A stretch of 63,806 bases of DNA, counting the filler, from Octopus bimaculoides (lineage: Eukaryota), in assembly GCF_001194135.2 (NCBI RefSeq). It is 5 parts of 4 records of this genome, joined end to end, with 100 filler letters (N's around TTAATTAATTAA, not from the genome) between each part and the next. Parts side by side here need not be neighbours in the genome. Positions count along the whole stretch, not along the records: positions 10,376 to 30,278 come from NC_068981.1; positions 30,379 to 49,026 come from NC_068988.1; 3 more parts are not named here. One strand, given 5' to 3'. Below, piece by piece: positions 25,601 through 38,869 of this stretch. Under the pieces are notes generated by a model. That model was not told the DNA's origin and ran no database searches. It worked only from the letters and a program-made list of their open reading frames with translations. Every line of letters starts with the position of its first letter. The stretch's first letter is position 1. Position numbers and translations under genes: made by a program.

Positions 25601-26924
25601 GGTTTGCATAGGCGTCGGTGTTTAAAACCCCACTTCTTGGTTGTGAGGCAGCCAATGTCGAGGGGCAGCCAATGTATATACTCATATTTATATATGCATC
25701 TCCGAAAGTACAATATTGTCTCCCTCTTCTTGTCCCTTATTTTACATATCATTATTATTCGTGCTCTGATCTCAGATTTTACAGCATTATATTCGCTCCA
25801 CGTTATATCCCATCCCACCTGTGGCGCGTTATCAAATTGCTAACTCCATACGCCATTACCTTAACTAATCATTATTTAATCAATAAAACATCCATGACGT
25901 CCCAGGATGTTTCAGTCCTGTAAATGAAACAAATCCCAAACTACAATGTGTAAGAAACTGTAAGCTACAACAACGTCAGCTACAGTGCTGCCATCTGTCT
26001 CTGGTACAAAAATGTGTTAATGCTGTTTTAGTTGTCATAATATCATTAGACAAATTCGTCAAATAATTAATAATTTTTAGCCAACAATCCACGTAGTTTT
26101 TAGCAGCATGTGCCAATCTAATATGACAAATTTAATATCATTCGCAAATCGAATGATAGCGATAAAGGGAGGTAAACTAATCTTTTTTTCTCTCCCGGAT
26201 CTGTTACACAGATGCTAAGTCGATAAACAACATTTAGCTGAAGAAAAATAAAAAGGGGGAAAAAAGCAATATTTTAAAATTATTTTTCGCTTACAAGATG
26301 TTGCTTTAACTCACGCGTCATATCTGAATAGGAAAACATCGAAATAAAAAATCAAATTATTGCAAATCCCATGTGTTCTCGAATAAAAATTTGAAGTCTG
26401 GCATGAATATTTTTTAAAGCTATTTTTGTTTTTTCTATCTCAAAACTGAAAATTAACATTCTCCACCAGAGATTACTGTCTGTCCTATGTCTGAATAAAA
26501 GGCGGGATGGTCATGTCACGAGCATCTTTATTATAAGTCTGCTTGATCAGGCTAACCTCGAATTAACAACTACAACATCTCAATTTGACCAATGATAAAA
26601 ACGTTTAAACGACATTTATGTAACTTATGAAACACCACAGAGAATTTATAACCTCCGATGTAATCACGGAAGATATGGAGACCCCTGTCGGCGGTTTCAT
26701 GCTTCTCTCGGCGATTCATCCAGGATATGACAAATGGCGGGAGGAAGAGTAAGAGGAAGACAGAGAGAGCGGGGGAGAGAGAAAGAGAGGAAGATTAAGA
26801 GAGGGCGAGCTGGAGAGAGCGAGAGAGCAATTAAGAGAGGGTGAGCAGAAGCGAGAGAGAAAGGAAGATAGAGAGAGAAAGAGAAAGGCAGAGAGAGAGC
26901 GAGGGAGAAAGAAAGAGAGAGCGT

Positions 26925-27032
26925 GAGCTGGAGTGCTTTGCTCAAGGCCACAACTCATCGTCCCGTCAAGAAATTGAACCCACAAAATTACGTACATAAA
27001 ATCAAGCTCTCTAACCATTTGGCTACGCGCCA
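26925..27032 (-). mobile_element. tRNA-head + CORE-like SINE fragment (family C-like)
   Basis: Minus strand ggcgcgtagccaaatggttag..gggttcaatttc..ccttgagcaaagcac. Confidence 0.65.
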
Positions 27033-27059
27033 ACATATCATCATCATCATCATCATTAG

Positions 27060-27520
27060 TGGGTGGTGAGGTGGCAGAATCAGTGGCACGCCGGACAAGA
27101 TGCTTAGTGGTATTTCGTCCGTCTTTAAGTTCTAAGTTCTAATTCTTATTTCTTTATTGCCCACAAGGGGCTAAACATAGAGGGGACAAACAAGGACAGA
27201 CAAAGGGATTAAATCGATTACATCGACCCCAGTGTGTAACTGGTACTTAATTTATCGACCCCGAAAGGATAAAAATCAAAGTCGACCTCGGTGGAATTTG
27301 AACTCAGAACGTAAAGACAGACGAAATACCACTAGGCATTTCACCCGGCATGCTAACGTTTCTGCCAGCTCGCCGACTTTAGGAAGGTCACAAGTGAAGG
27401 TCTAAGTTCTAATTCTGCCGAGGTTGACTTTGCTTTTCATCATTTCTGGGTCGATAAAACAAATACCAGTTGAGCACTGAAATCGATTTAACCCCTCCCT
27501 CCCCCGGTGCCAACATTTGA
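27060..27520. mobile_element. Nested SINE family B cluster (plus 27060-27142, minus 27145-27380, plus 27397-27520)
   Basis: The plus copy breaks at ttctaagttctaattct and resumes after the inverted copy. Confidence 0.8.
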
Positions 27521-27539
27521 AATCATTATTATTATCATT

Positions 27540-28380
27540 TTTGGTTTGACTCAGGTTCAGTCTTATTCCTGGTAGGATTTTTGTGGGTAGCGGGTTACTA
27601 CCTGACACTTTAGGTATTCACAAGTTTTCAGCAGTCTTTCAAGTGCTTAGAACCCTCCTGATAATCCTTGCTGTTCCTAAGAGATAAACTTTCCCTATGA
27701 GTTCTAGTGGGCATTCTATTCCAATCTCCTCCAGGCATTTCTCTATCTCTTTGCTTACGTTCCCAATGCACCAATTATTATAGACACGACCTCGACAGTT
27801 CTCATGCTCCAAATTCTTCCTATTTCAAATTTTAAGGGATCATATTTTCTTTGTTTTTCATCCTCTTTCTTTTGGATCCTAGAATCAAACAGGCATGATG
27901 GTCGATAAATAAGTAACTTCGCAATTCCTTATCCATAATCGTTATGTCTGGTTTATTATTTTCTAACTTCTCGTCTGTTTGAATAGGAAAATCGCACTAA
28001 ATCTTACATTTCTCCGGCTCCAGTACACTTTCGACCCAATGATTGTACCATGTGTTTCCCGTTTCAAGTCTCCATTTTTTATATTCTTCTTGTGACAACT
28101 TGGGCATTCTGCCACAGGCTCAACATTTTTCTATCACATTCCCTCCATGGATAGGGCTTTTCTAAGGATGTGGGAAGTACTTGTCAGCACAATCTTTTGG
28201 ATTTCTCTGAGACATGGTTCTCCTGGGATCTTTTCTACATGTTTCTAACATCCCTTTTTTGTCATACCTAGAGCACCTACAATAACAGGAACAGTTCACG
28301 TTTTAAGATGTCGCCTCTTTTGTATTTCAACTTCCAGGACCTTATGTTTACTTAGCTTGTCAAATTCCTTGACAGATATA
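27540..28380 (-). mobile_element. R4/Dong-type LINE 3' fragment (subfamily c)
   Basis: IIIGALG, GTARIIRRVL; 3' UTR shared with 42310-42400; ATT repeats on both sides. Confidence 0.85.
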
Positions 28381-28383
28381 TTA

Positions 28384-28469
<86 letters not shown>

Positions 28470-28471
28470 TC

Positions 28472-28523
<52 letters not shown>

Positions 28524-28524
28524 T

Positions 28525-29480
28525 GATGAAAACTGACAGCTTATTTTGCTGGGTATAATGGAAAGGGGGGTCAGCTGTCCACAGCCAGCAGACTAAGGGT
28601 GTCACTTCTTTACTGGTCATGCTTCAAGAACCCTGCCAAGAATTCTTCCAGTTCCAAGCAATGCTGACTTTTGTAGGTGTTCACCCTTCGCACTTGCTCC
28701 AATCTCTTTCAGCCATGTTGGTAGTTGAGTGCTGATACTTCCAACTGCACCAATTACTATTCGTATCTCGTCTACTTTCTTCTTTGACCACAACCTTCGT
28801 ATTTCCCACTTCAAACCGTCATAGTTGTTTATTTCTTCTTCTTCTTTCACATTGATCCTGTTGTCACTGGGGCATGCTATGTCGGTTATCATACATGTTC
28901 TTCCTTTTTTTATTCACCACAGCAACATCCGGTTTCCTATGTCTGGTCAGGTGATAACACTGGATCATTACATCTTACAGGATTTTGCAGCTCTTATTTT
29001 CGGTCACTCCTTCTGGGGTTTGCTCATACTACGTCTTTGCTCTTTGTAGGCCGTGATTTCCAAAGAGCTCCCAATGGATCATTCTTGCCACATTATCATG
29101 GCGTCGTTTGTTTTCGCGTTGTGCTAATTGAGGGCATTCGCTAACGATGTGCCATACCGTTTCACGCCTCTCACCACACATTTGGCATTTGTCACTGTCA
29201 CTAGTGCTGTCGATTTTGCACCTCACATAGTTGATCCTTAACACTTGTTCCTGAGCTGCGCACTTCTGTCTCTATTTTCAGGTCACTCCTCCTCATCCAT
29301 AGCCACCGCTCCTCTCTATCTGTCTCGGCGTTCACATCTCTTGCCAACTGATCATACATTTTCGTTTCCTTCCATGCTTTTCCTTTTTTTTTGTTCTTTT
29401 CCTCTTTAATTTTTTTGTCACCACAATTTGTAGTGATTTTGAACAAGTCTAAGGCATTCGTTAACGACATGAGCAATAGT
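28525..29480 (-). mobile_element. R4/Dong-type LINE 3' fragment (subfamily b)
   Basis: DLKIETE, CQMCGERRETVWHIVSEC, RRHDNVARMIHWEL, DIACPSDN..KEEE, IVIGAVG, LLGTGRILGRVL; 3' UTR abuts (GTA)n/(ATT)n at 28385-28520. Confidence 0.92.
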
Positions 29481-30378
29481 TTCGTTCACCCTATTACAGA
29501 TGCGCCATTATTGTTGTCGCTGTTGTTGTTGTTGTTATGCTGATATAATCATGAAATTAAATGTACCATAGAGAATATGAAAAGTGTCTTATTTTGCCTA
29601 TCATTGCTCTAGATTCGAAACCAGGCCTCCAGTATGCCTGCTGAAACACACCACAGACTTGCAGATTATATGACCAGTGCAAAGTGCTGCTGTTTTTCTC
29701 GGACCGGTTCGTCAGCATTATCATACGCACTATTGTTCTTGCAATTAAATGTGATATTGCCATAACTAATTAATGGCGCACGCTGACACACTGACATGAA
29801 GAGGACAATTTAGCAATGGGAACCAATGACGTAAGGAATTTATTATTTTCAGGAAGAAGTTTATCTAAAATGTATGACGATAACAAAGACAAACACAGCA
29901 AAACAATCAATCAATCCGCTATTAAACCATTATTATCAGATCTAAAAGTCACGATGAAAACTTTCGATTATTAATAACTGATAATTATCTGTTTTTATTT
30001 TTCTGTCGGCGTCATAATACGGATGCCGACAGAAACAAGGGCAAAGGGACCGTCGACAATTCATTTTTTCTTTTCACAATTTGCTAATTGCACACAAACA
30101 CACTGATTTCTCTTCTTCCCATCATCTATTCTATGTCTGTCCCCCCCCCCCTTCATCTCTCTAGGCCTTTCACAAGCATGTTTACTAATCTTTCATCACA
30201 AGATGTCTTCCTTCAGGCATTGATATCTTCCTTATTTTGTTCATACTAAAGACATCGACTTAACACTTGCTTCAACTGNNNNNNNNNNNNNNNNNNNNNN
30301 NNNNNNNNNNNNNNNNNNNNNNTTAATTAATTAANNNNNNNNNNNNNNNNNNNNNNNNNNNNNNNNNNNNNNNNNNNN

Positions 30379-30655
30379 CATCAGTGTGGTTCTCCATGAT
30401 CTCATACTTACAGATAAAAAGTTTAGCAGAGTAGGAGCTATTTTATACATTTCCAGACATTTCCTAATCCAGCTATGTGGTAGGCTATCAAAGGCCTTTT
30501 TATAGTCTATCCAGGCTATTGACAAGTTTTTGTGTCACTTGTGACAATCTTCTAAGATCATCTTATTGATGAGTAGCTGATCTTTACAACCATAAGATCC
30601 ACGTTTACATCCCTTTTGCTCATTAGGGAATATGCTACTTTCTATTAAAAGACTA
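30379..30655 (-). mobile_element. R4/Dong-type RT fragment (subfamily a)
   Basis: [44 protein letters not shown]; close paralog of 33180-33450. Confidence 0.92.
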
Positions 30656-30663
30656 TTATTAAA

Positions 30664-30701
<38 letters not shown>

Positions 30702-30702
<1 letters not shown>

Positions 30703-31262
30703 GAGTGAGAGAGCAGTGCATGCCGTTATAGTGACACTGGGGTACAAATATATAAATCCCAATAAACCCACCATGACTAAAAATCTGATAAGGGTACACC
30801 AGGCACATGCATCACAACCATATGTGCACTACATGGTGACCTTCTATCAAGATAAACAGTGCATGACCTTGAACGTGGGGGCCCAGTTAGAATTTCCTTC
30901 AGGTTGAGTAGCTCATCTTGCTCAAAAGGTCCGTGAAGTAGGGTTGTGTAAAGATGATAAGCAAAACGCCCATGTTTCTAGTGTTGAATTATTCAAACCC
31001 CACAAAATTATTTTCAACACATGGCTATGGTGCTCCCCCCCTCCCCCACTACTTCTGGTCATGATCAGAGATGCACATATTGTCAGCCTCCAAGGAACAT
31101 GCTCAACTGGTTAAGATCAAGCAACTGACAAGTAAGTCTGTGGTATTGAGCAGAATACTTGCTGTAGCCTGTCTTTTTATAACAAGACAAAACATGTACA
31201 TGATAAAACTTCCAATCAGTTAAGATCAAAGCCATGAGAGCCAGTGCCTGGTACTGCACTAG
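30702..31262. mobile_element. About 560 bp non-coding interspersed-repeat-like segment between two (ATT)n arrays (possible LINE 5' UTR or SINE)
   Basis: Higher GC, sharply bounded by ATT arrays, no ORF homology recognised. Confidence 0.4.
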
Positions 31263-31265
31263 GGC

Positions 31266-31331
<66 letters not shown>

Positions 31332-31344
31332 NNNNNNNNNNNNT

Positions 31345-34300
31345 TGTGCAAGTTGACTCCAAGTCTCATCCAGAGACCTCAAGAGACAACAAGTTAGAAG
31401 TTCAAGTTGGTGTTATAACTAGGGTGCCATACCTTTGGTTTTGCAAAAAAGCATTGTTCAAGAGAATGTTTAAGAAAACGTAAGAAAATTATAAGTTTGT
31501 TTAAAAATTTGATATTACAGACAGTAGTTTATGTAGGATATGGGCAGTTCCTTTGAGCCCTATATTTAGAATTTCTGCCATTTTGGGATTTCCTGGTATC
31601 TGAGCTAAGTAGCAATCAGCCCCTTTTGGGGCACGTATGACAAGTATTGTTTTAGTCTTGAGGTTCCACATTTTGCCCATTTCTATTTCAAGTTTTTGGT
31701 AGGTCTTGACAGATACATTTATGTTGTTTGGGACAGTCATATCGATGAGGAGGCATGATTTTTGTCTGAAGTCCTTCAATATAACGTCTGGCCTATTCAC
31801 ATCTATCTTTCTGTCACTTTGAATGGTGAAGTTCCAGAGGAGTGAGATGTGGTCATTTTCAAGCACTGCAGGTGGTTTGTGTTTCCATCAGTTTTTATCA
31901 TAGGGAAGGTCCAAGTTTTTGCAAATTACCCAGTGAATATACTGTGCTGCTCCATCATGCCTGTTGAGATACTTTGGAGGCGCAAAGAGTCTGCACATGG
32001 AGATAACATGATGGATGGTTTCATTTTGTTGTTTACGTACATGACATGTTGGGCTATTGCTGTTCTTTAATATGTTAATCTGGTAGCTCCTTGTAGGTAG
32101 GCATTAATCTTGGGTTGCTACGATAAATCCTTCTGCCTCTGATTTCAAGCCAGAAAACACTAAACATTGATGGGTAAGGGCTTTGTCAACATTGGCATTA
32201 TTAGCTCTCTTTGGTTATTTGCCATTGAGAGGTTTTTCTTGCCATTTATCAGTAAGAATATCGAAGGTAGCAATTTTAGCAAGGGTTTTCATACAGTTAG
32301 CTTTTTCTATGCTTATTTCCGGTACATCTAATTCTGGAATTTGCTGTATTTGAAATTCATTTAGATATTTCTTTGCCTGTTTTGTAACTGAGTTTGATGT
32401 TTTCTTGTTTTCGAGCTTTAAGACAAGTTTTAACATCCAGTCATCAGAGTTTTTCAGGTAGATGTTTAGGCCAATTGTGGCAATCTTCATTGTTAATTCC
32501 AGTTGTAAAAGTCCATGGCCACCTTATTTTCTTGGCTATATCTGCCTTAGAGTGGTGCATTCTATGCATTGTCAACAATTTTCGTATTTTTCTGTCAAGA
32601 TTATGTATTTCAGTAATTGACCAGTTAATGATAATGAAACTGTAAGTCATGACCGATATGGCTAAAGTATTGATTGCTTTGATCCTGTTTCTTGCATTCA
32701 GCTCTGTCTTGAGTATTGCTCTTACCTTGTGATAACATTCTTTTCTGATCCTTTCCCTCCCTCATCATTGAATGTTTGATTGCATCACCTACAAATATCC
32801 CTAAGTATTTGTAGCTTTCCACTGGTTCTAACTCTTTTATGACATACTGTTGGTCAAGATTAACATTAGATGTTTCTATCATTTTTCATTTGCTAAAGGT
32901 AGCTTTTGCACATTTATTCAGGCCAAATTGCATCCTGATGTCATCACTGAATTGTTTAACAATTGCTAGTAATCCTTATTGTTGTTTGTCATTTTTTTGC
33001 AAAGAGATGATTTATATTTTTATCAAACATTTTATAGCCATATTGTACATCATTGAGCAATTTTGAGAGCGGTATTAAGGCTAGACAAAAGAGGAGTGGT
33101 GATAGAGAGTCACCCTGGAAAATGCAACATGAAATTCTTACATCTCCAGCTTTGAGAGATTCATTGTCACTGTTGAAAGTCAGTGTGGTTCTCCAAGATC
33201 TCATATTTACAGACAAGAAGTTTCACAGAGTAGGTGGTATTTTATAAATTTCCAGACATTTCTTAATCCAGCTATGTGGTAGACTATCAGAAGTCTTTTT
33301 ATAATCTATCCAGGTTATCGACAAGTTCTTGTGTTGTTTGTGACAATCTTCCAAGATCATCTTATTGATGAGTAGCTGATCTTTACAACCATAGGATCCA
33401 CATTTACATCTTTTTTGCTCATTAGGGAAGCTGCCACTTTCTATTAAAAAGCTATAGGTGTATTCAATCAAAACAGATGTTAGTATTTTATACATTGTTG
33501 TTAAGCAGATTATGAGTTTATAATTTTTTGGTTCTTTTGTTTCTTCATTTTTTGGAAGTAGAAATGTAATACCATTAACTAGCCAAGAGGGAATTGTACT
33601 AGGTTGTTGCAAAACATTGTTGTACAGTTTTGTTAGCAGTTCATGACTCTCTGGGAAGGCATTCAACCAGAAGTTAGGAATTTTACCCTTTCCTGGAGAC
33701 TTCCATTTGCTTGACTTCCTGAGAGCAGATCTTACATCCTCTGTCTTGATACCCTCCTACTTTTGCTCTTCTAAGGAATCTAAGTCAGTAGATATTCTAT
33801 CAATCCAAAAGACCTTTTTATTGTGGATTTTTCCTTCTGCACAAATTTTATTCCAGAGTTCCTGCACTTCTTCTTTTGATAGGACAGACTTCACTGTAAC
33901 TGGTATTTTCCCTATCTTCCTGTAAAAATGTTTTGGGTTATTTTTGAACATGTTGTCCTTGAAGAATCTAACGCATTTTTATACCTTACTATGTGGGCAA
34001 CTTTAGCGCATACCTTTTGCTTGATAGTTTCTGTGGTGGTATCGATATCAAGTATGGTTTTCATATACTTTTTCTTTAATTTTCAGATTTTTGTTGGTTT
34101 GATATTCTTGTCAAACTTAAAGTTTTTTTAAACATTCTATGTTAGACCTAAGTAACTGAGTTTGGTGTGGAATATGCTCTTACCAAATAAGTTTTCTGTG
34201 GGAATGTTGTTTTCTAATCTTTTCACCACATAGAATTGTTGAGATCTCTGCTGATGCATAGTACAGGTGATTGAGATCTGTAATATCAGCATCATTAGCT

Positions 34301-35450
34301 GAAATCATATCCTTTAGTGCAAGGCAGATTTTACCAATTACTTCCAGGTTTTGGTTAGAGTTGCACATTTTTGGGAGAGTGTCATTCTAATTCATACTGG
34401 TTTCTTTAATTTTCAGCCATTCAGTCATGATTTGATTTTTTAGATCATCTAGTTCTGTTTGGTTAATTTCTGTGTGACATTCTTTATTTATTTGATTTTT
34501 ATCTGCCTTAGTGTTTTTGGTTGGTTCAGAGAGTATTTCACTTTGCCTATCAGTTACACTGAATCTTTCTATCATTACTGCGTTTTCATCAGACCTGGGT
34601 TGGTCTGTAATTATTTCCTCAGTAGTACCTTCTTTAGTTGCAACTTCGTTCCTTTTAACCCGTACTGATTGTTTAATTTGGTCAATCTCTAATTCAGTTT
34701 GTAATTTCTTTTTCCTAATGTTTCTTCTGGTGTTGGTAAGTTTGTTACTGTCTATGTAGGATCTTACTTCAAGGTGCTTCTCTATCCAGTTTAGGTAGGT
34801 TTGTTCAGTATTAGATTTATTTGTGGGGAAATACACGGCACGATAGAAAACCTTAAGTACTTCTTTATTATCTCCTCTTGACCATTTTCATTCATTTGCT
34901 TTTGGTTATTTAATGACAAGTGTGGATGGTCATCTATTGGAATATTCCAGTTGTGGGGTACTTCCAGCTCTTGTGTTTCGGGAAGATTTGAACCAGTAGC
35001 TGATTTTTCACACCCAGTTTGGTTCCTCATTGGGGTGCATAGCCCTTTGTTGACTCAGGTGATGGCCAATCTGGTGTGTATTTTGCTTTTGTTTTCATTG
35101 AGGTATGATGGGTTTGGATGTTGATTTTAGGAGATAGATCTGTCTGTTTAGGGTTAACTTTTTGAGACAACATTGCCTCCGAGTTCTCTGAATGAAGACA
35201 TTGCTCATAACTTAGCTTCTTAAGGCTAACAGATCTGTATTTTTTTGTTGACAGATTTATCTCTGGGCATAGTTTCTTTGTGGTGTTTTTAAACTTATGA
35301 ATTGTTCACTCTGTTTGTGTTAGTTTGAAGAAAATTCTTTTGTTTCGTTTGTGACACATGCTTTCATATGCGTGTATGCATATCCTGTAAATTTCATGTA
35401 GTTGTGTAAACATTGGGCTGTATGTGTAGTCCTATCGGTATTAAAATGTA
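31345..35450 (-). mobile_element. Near full-length R4/Dong-type non-LTR retrotransposon (subfamily a), decayed
   Basis: In order: N-terminal region (KLTNTRRNI..LEIDQIK), FKNNPKHFYR, WKSPGK, RT (IDYKK..DSLPHSW, IFQGDSLSPLLFCLAL, YKYLG), RLE (RPDVIL..LIDMTVP..K..Y), GTAHIL; 3' UTR abuts (ATT)n at 31270-31331. Confidence 0.93.
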
Positions 35451-36189
35451 TACATGATTGTATAGGCATTTGAGTGTATGCATAATTAATCAATTTATGT
35501 ACCTAGTGTTTTGTTCCACTTATATTTTATAATTTGTAAACTTTTCGATGTGGATTTCGCACATGTTTCACTGAGACATCATACATGAGAGAAACCATGC
35601 TTTGTATGGAAGTAAAATTTCGTTTTTTATGATTATTTCCATTAAAAGGCCGCTTCCTTCAAGTCTTCCACAGGTTCCTTTTTCCCATTTCACCGATGTT
35701 ATTAGATTAGATTTGTTTTGTATGGAAAGCCTGGTGTAGTACGTCCATGTTGTTCTTTAGCACAGAGCTGAATCCTTTTTTTCTTCCTCTTCTTTGTGGT
35801 TTTTGTCACTGTTTACAATTATCGTTAAAAATATTTTTTTAATGTATCATATAGATGTAATTTTTGACACTGAATCCAAATTTATTATTCATTTATTCCA
35901 GAAAAATTTTGCAAAAATCTTACAGGTGTTCAAAGTTTCAAAATTTTCAGAATTTTCAGCTAATCAGAAAACAGCGTGTTCGCTGCCTCTTCTATCATCA
36001 GGGGGCTGGGAGGGATGTCAAAACATTAAACTAAAATTTTGAGTGTGAGTTCCATCTGTTATAAAAACAATTATAGAAAAATTGGTGGTTACACTCCTTT
36101 TGTGCATGTGCAGCATCTTTGGTTACAACAACTCAGCTTTGTCACACATGAAAATTAACATACTGATAGCAGAATTAGGATAACGAACA

Positions 36190-36900
36190 ACGTGTCCCCA
36201 CTATGCAAACCCTGTGAACCAAAGAAACATGTACAGAACTTTATGCACCACATGCGATTCTCTGGATATGATCAGAAAGATAGGCTTCAAGTATACAAGG
36301 GTGCTAAAAAGAAGTTAGATAACATTATATGTAATGAAACCAGTGAGACCTGCCCTAGATATAAAAGTAAAAACTGGAAGAGAATACAAAGAGCTTGTGA
36401 CAAAGCAAACATGGTGAACATGTGGTATAAAACTGACAAATATCAAGGAGTGTTGTTTGTAGAGACCACAGCCCATGGAGAACTAGCCAGTAGATTTAGG
36501 AAAGCTCTGAAGGAGACCAAATTCAACATTAAGATTGTTGAAAAGCCAGGGAACTCCATCAGATCATTATTATGTAGGACGTACCCCATTGAGAATACCA
36601 TATACACCAATGATAACTGCATGGTATGTAGGATTAACTCTGGCATTAACTGTAGAACTAGAAATGTAGTCTACAGTATACGATGCAGAGAAGGTGTTTT
36701 TAAAGACATGAACATGACATACATAGAAGAGACATCTAGGAGAATTGCAGAAAGACTAAATGTACATTTGAGATAATATGAGAACAAAAAACAGTCCTCC
36801 ATATGCTACCAACATGGAGGCAACCTGGGTCAACTTGACATGTGCATCTTATCCAAGCACCCAAAGGACCCAACCCTCAGACAAATACAGGAGTACATAT
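36190..36900 (+). mobile_element. Penelope-like element 3' fragment, Neptune type
   Basis: MRFSGY..R, VLFVETT, IKIVEKPG.SIRSLL, C..C..CRTRNVVYSIRC..YIEETSRRIAERLNVH (GIY-YIG). Confidence 0.82.
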
Positions 36901-37539
36901 ATGAAATTAAACTATTTCTTAGGCACACACACAACAAAAGATAAAAGATAACACAAATCGATACAAAGAGTTCTAATATTTACTTTCATTAGTCTAAATT
37001 ATTTTTTATAAAAAATGAATTTTTTTTGCTTAATTTTTTATAGTGTGGCTTTTTAAAATCTATTTTTGAATAAATTATTTTAATAACAAGATTATTTAAT
37101 AAAATACTTTTTTTTNNNNNNNNNNNNNNNNNNNNNNNNNNNNNNNNNNNNNNNNNNNNNNNNNNNNNNNNNNNNNNNNNNNNNNNNNNNNNNNNNNNNN
37201 NNNNNNNNNNNNNNNNNNNNNNNNNNNNNNNNNNNNNNNNNNNNNNNNNNNNNNNNNNNNNNNNNNNNNNNNNNNNNNNNNNNNNNNNNNNNNATGGAGT
37301 TAATTATTTGCATGCTAAAAATGACTTTATTTATAATTTATTTATTAATTTTATAGTAAATATATGATTAAAATTTTTATTACCTTCACAACATTTACCA
37401 TTTTACAAACTCAAACTAGAAAACTGGACGAAACAGATAACAACCAAGAAAATTAAAAAGAAAAAAAGGAGAGAAAGAAGAAAGAGAAAAAAGGAAAAAA
37501 AAACCAACAAAAAAGCCAATTCATCTTCCAAGCCAATTC

Positions 37540-38860
37540 ATCTTCCACCTTGGGTTGTAAAATTAGGAGCACTGGGAAACCCTTCTAATGGCTATTGAGA
37601 CACGCCAGCATGCTTGCAGCGTTGCTGTAGGTGATGGTGAGGCTGGTGCGCTGGAACAGCCAAGTACCCTCACGAGCCTCACCAGTTACCTCTGCAAGGC
37701 GAGTTGCCAGTGAAGACAGGAATCTCACAGTAACTGGTTCGACCCCACCAAACATCTCGAATGTCACAGGGTGGAAAATGAAGTTGGCCGACAGATCGCA
37801 GTAGTTCAGGATTTTGTTCCGCTCAGTGGCAGAAGCTGTGGATCTCGCCCTGACCGCAGCATCCAGGATGTGAGAAGAAGCAAAGGAGTTGCTAACTGTG
37901 GCTTCTCAGACAAGGCATCTGCCTTGTGACCAGGGGCACAAGGTGAGGCCGTCAAGTCTCTTCCCATCACATCTGGACAATCCAGATGGTTCCAAGATGG
38001 AGGGGATGTTTTTCCAGGCCAGGCTCCTCTTGAGTATCAAGTTCAACTCCATATGACACGTGAAGCAACCAGCATTCAGGCAGCAAGAAAGGCCATGGAG
38101 GCCTGTGGAGTCAAGGAGCCTGCTACAACGACAGATCAAACCCATGCATATGTCAGGTCCCACTCTGAGAGCAATGGAGACACAAAGTTCATCCATCAAC
38201 ATTAGTCACAGGGATGGCATCAATCCAGTAACCTGAGTATTTAGCACTAGCAGACAGTAAGCGGCACCTTGAAAACTGGTCTGAATGGATGAAGAGGAAG
38301 TCGAAGGTGGCCTTTGACATTATGTTGTCCCAAGCTCTCTATCTCCAACAGTCCTCCACCTTCTCAGGAGCAGACAAGCCCAATTTCCTCCAGTGTTGGA
38401 GAGCCTCATCCAACTCCCTGTTGGAACTGGTCCATGTTGGTCAGGAGAGGATGTTACTCACCAGGATAGAGCAGGCGTGGGTAGAGGAAAGGAAGCAGGG
38501 GAGAGAGAGGGACGAACATTTACAAAGCCCAAGTCCTCCAAATCGCTTGGGTAATGCAGCCTGATTGCAGGACATGGAGAGAGTCTGACATGGAGAGAGT
38601 CTCTCAAAGATTAGGTTAACGAAACATTGGAGGCACGATGGGAATCGGTAAGATGAGCTGACTCTGAGTAAACATAGAAGCTTAGGGATTGAGAGGTAAT
38701 TCCTAAGTATGAAAAAACCTTGATGGGGTTCGATAGCTTCAATATTTTTCAGTAAGTGCTGAAGGGCAGCCACTTTTAACTGGAAGATGGACTCAAAGGC
38801 AAGATCAGTACTACTCCTGTCCTTGGGTGGAGTCCTCCAATTCATATTGAATTCCTTCCT
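37540..38860 (-). mobile_element. CRE-clade non-LTR retrotransposon, 5' truncated
   Basis: QAALPKRFGGLGL, ALRVG..CRC..LDSTGLHGLSC, LEPSGLSRCDGKRLDGLTLCPW..G, TFEMFG..FL..LA.RL..TG..RE..WLFQR.SL.I..NAAS. Confidence 0.88.
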
Positions 38861-38869
38861 AGTTCTTCT

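Noticed and set aside
30702-31262. HDV-like ribozyme at a possible LINE 5' end
   Set aside because: I could not build the nested double pseudoknot by eye; a descriptor search would be needed.
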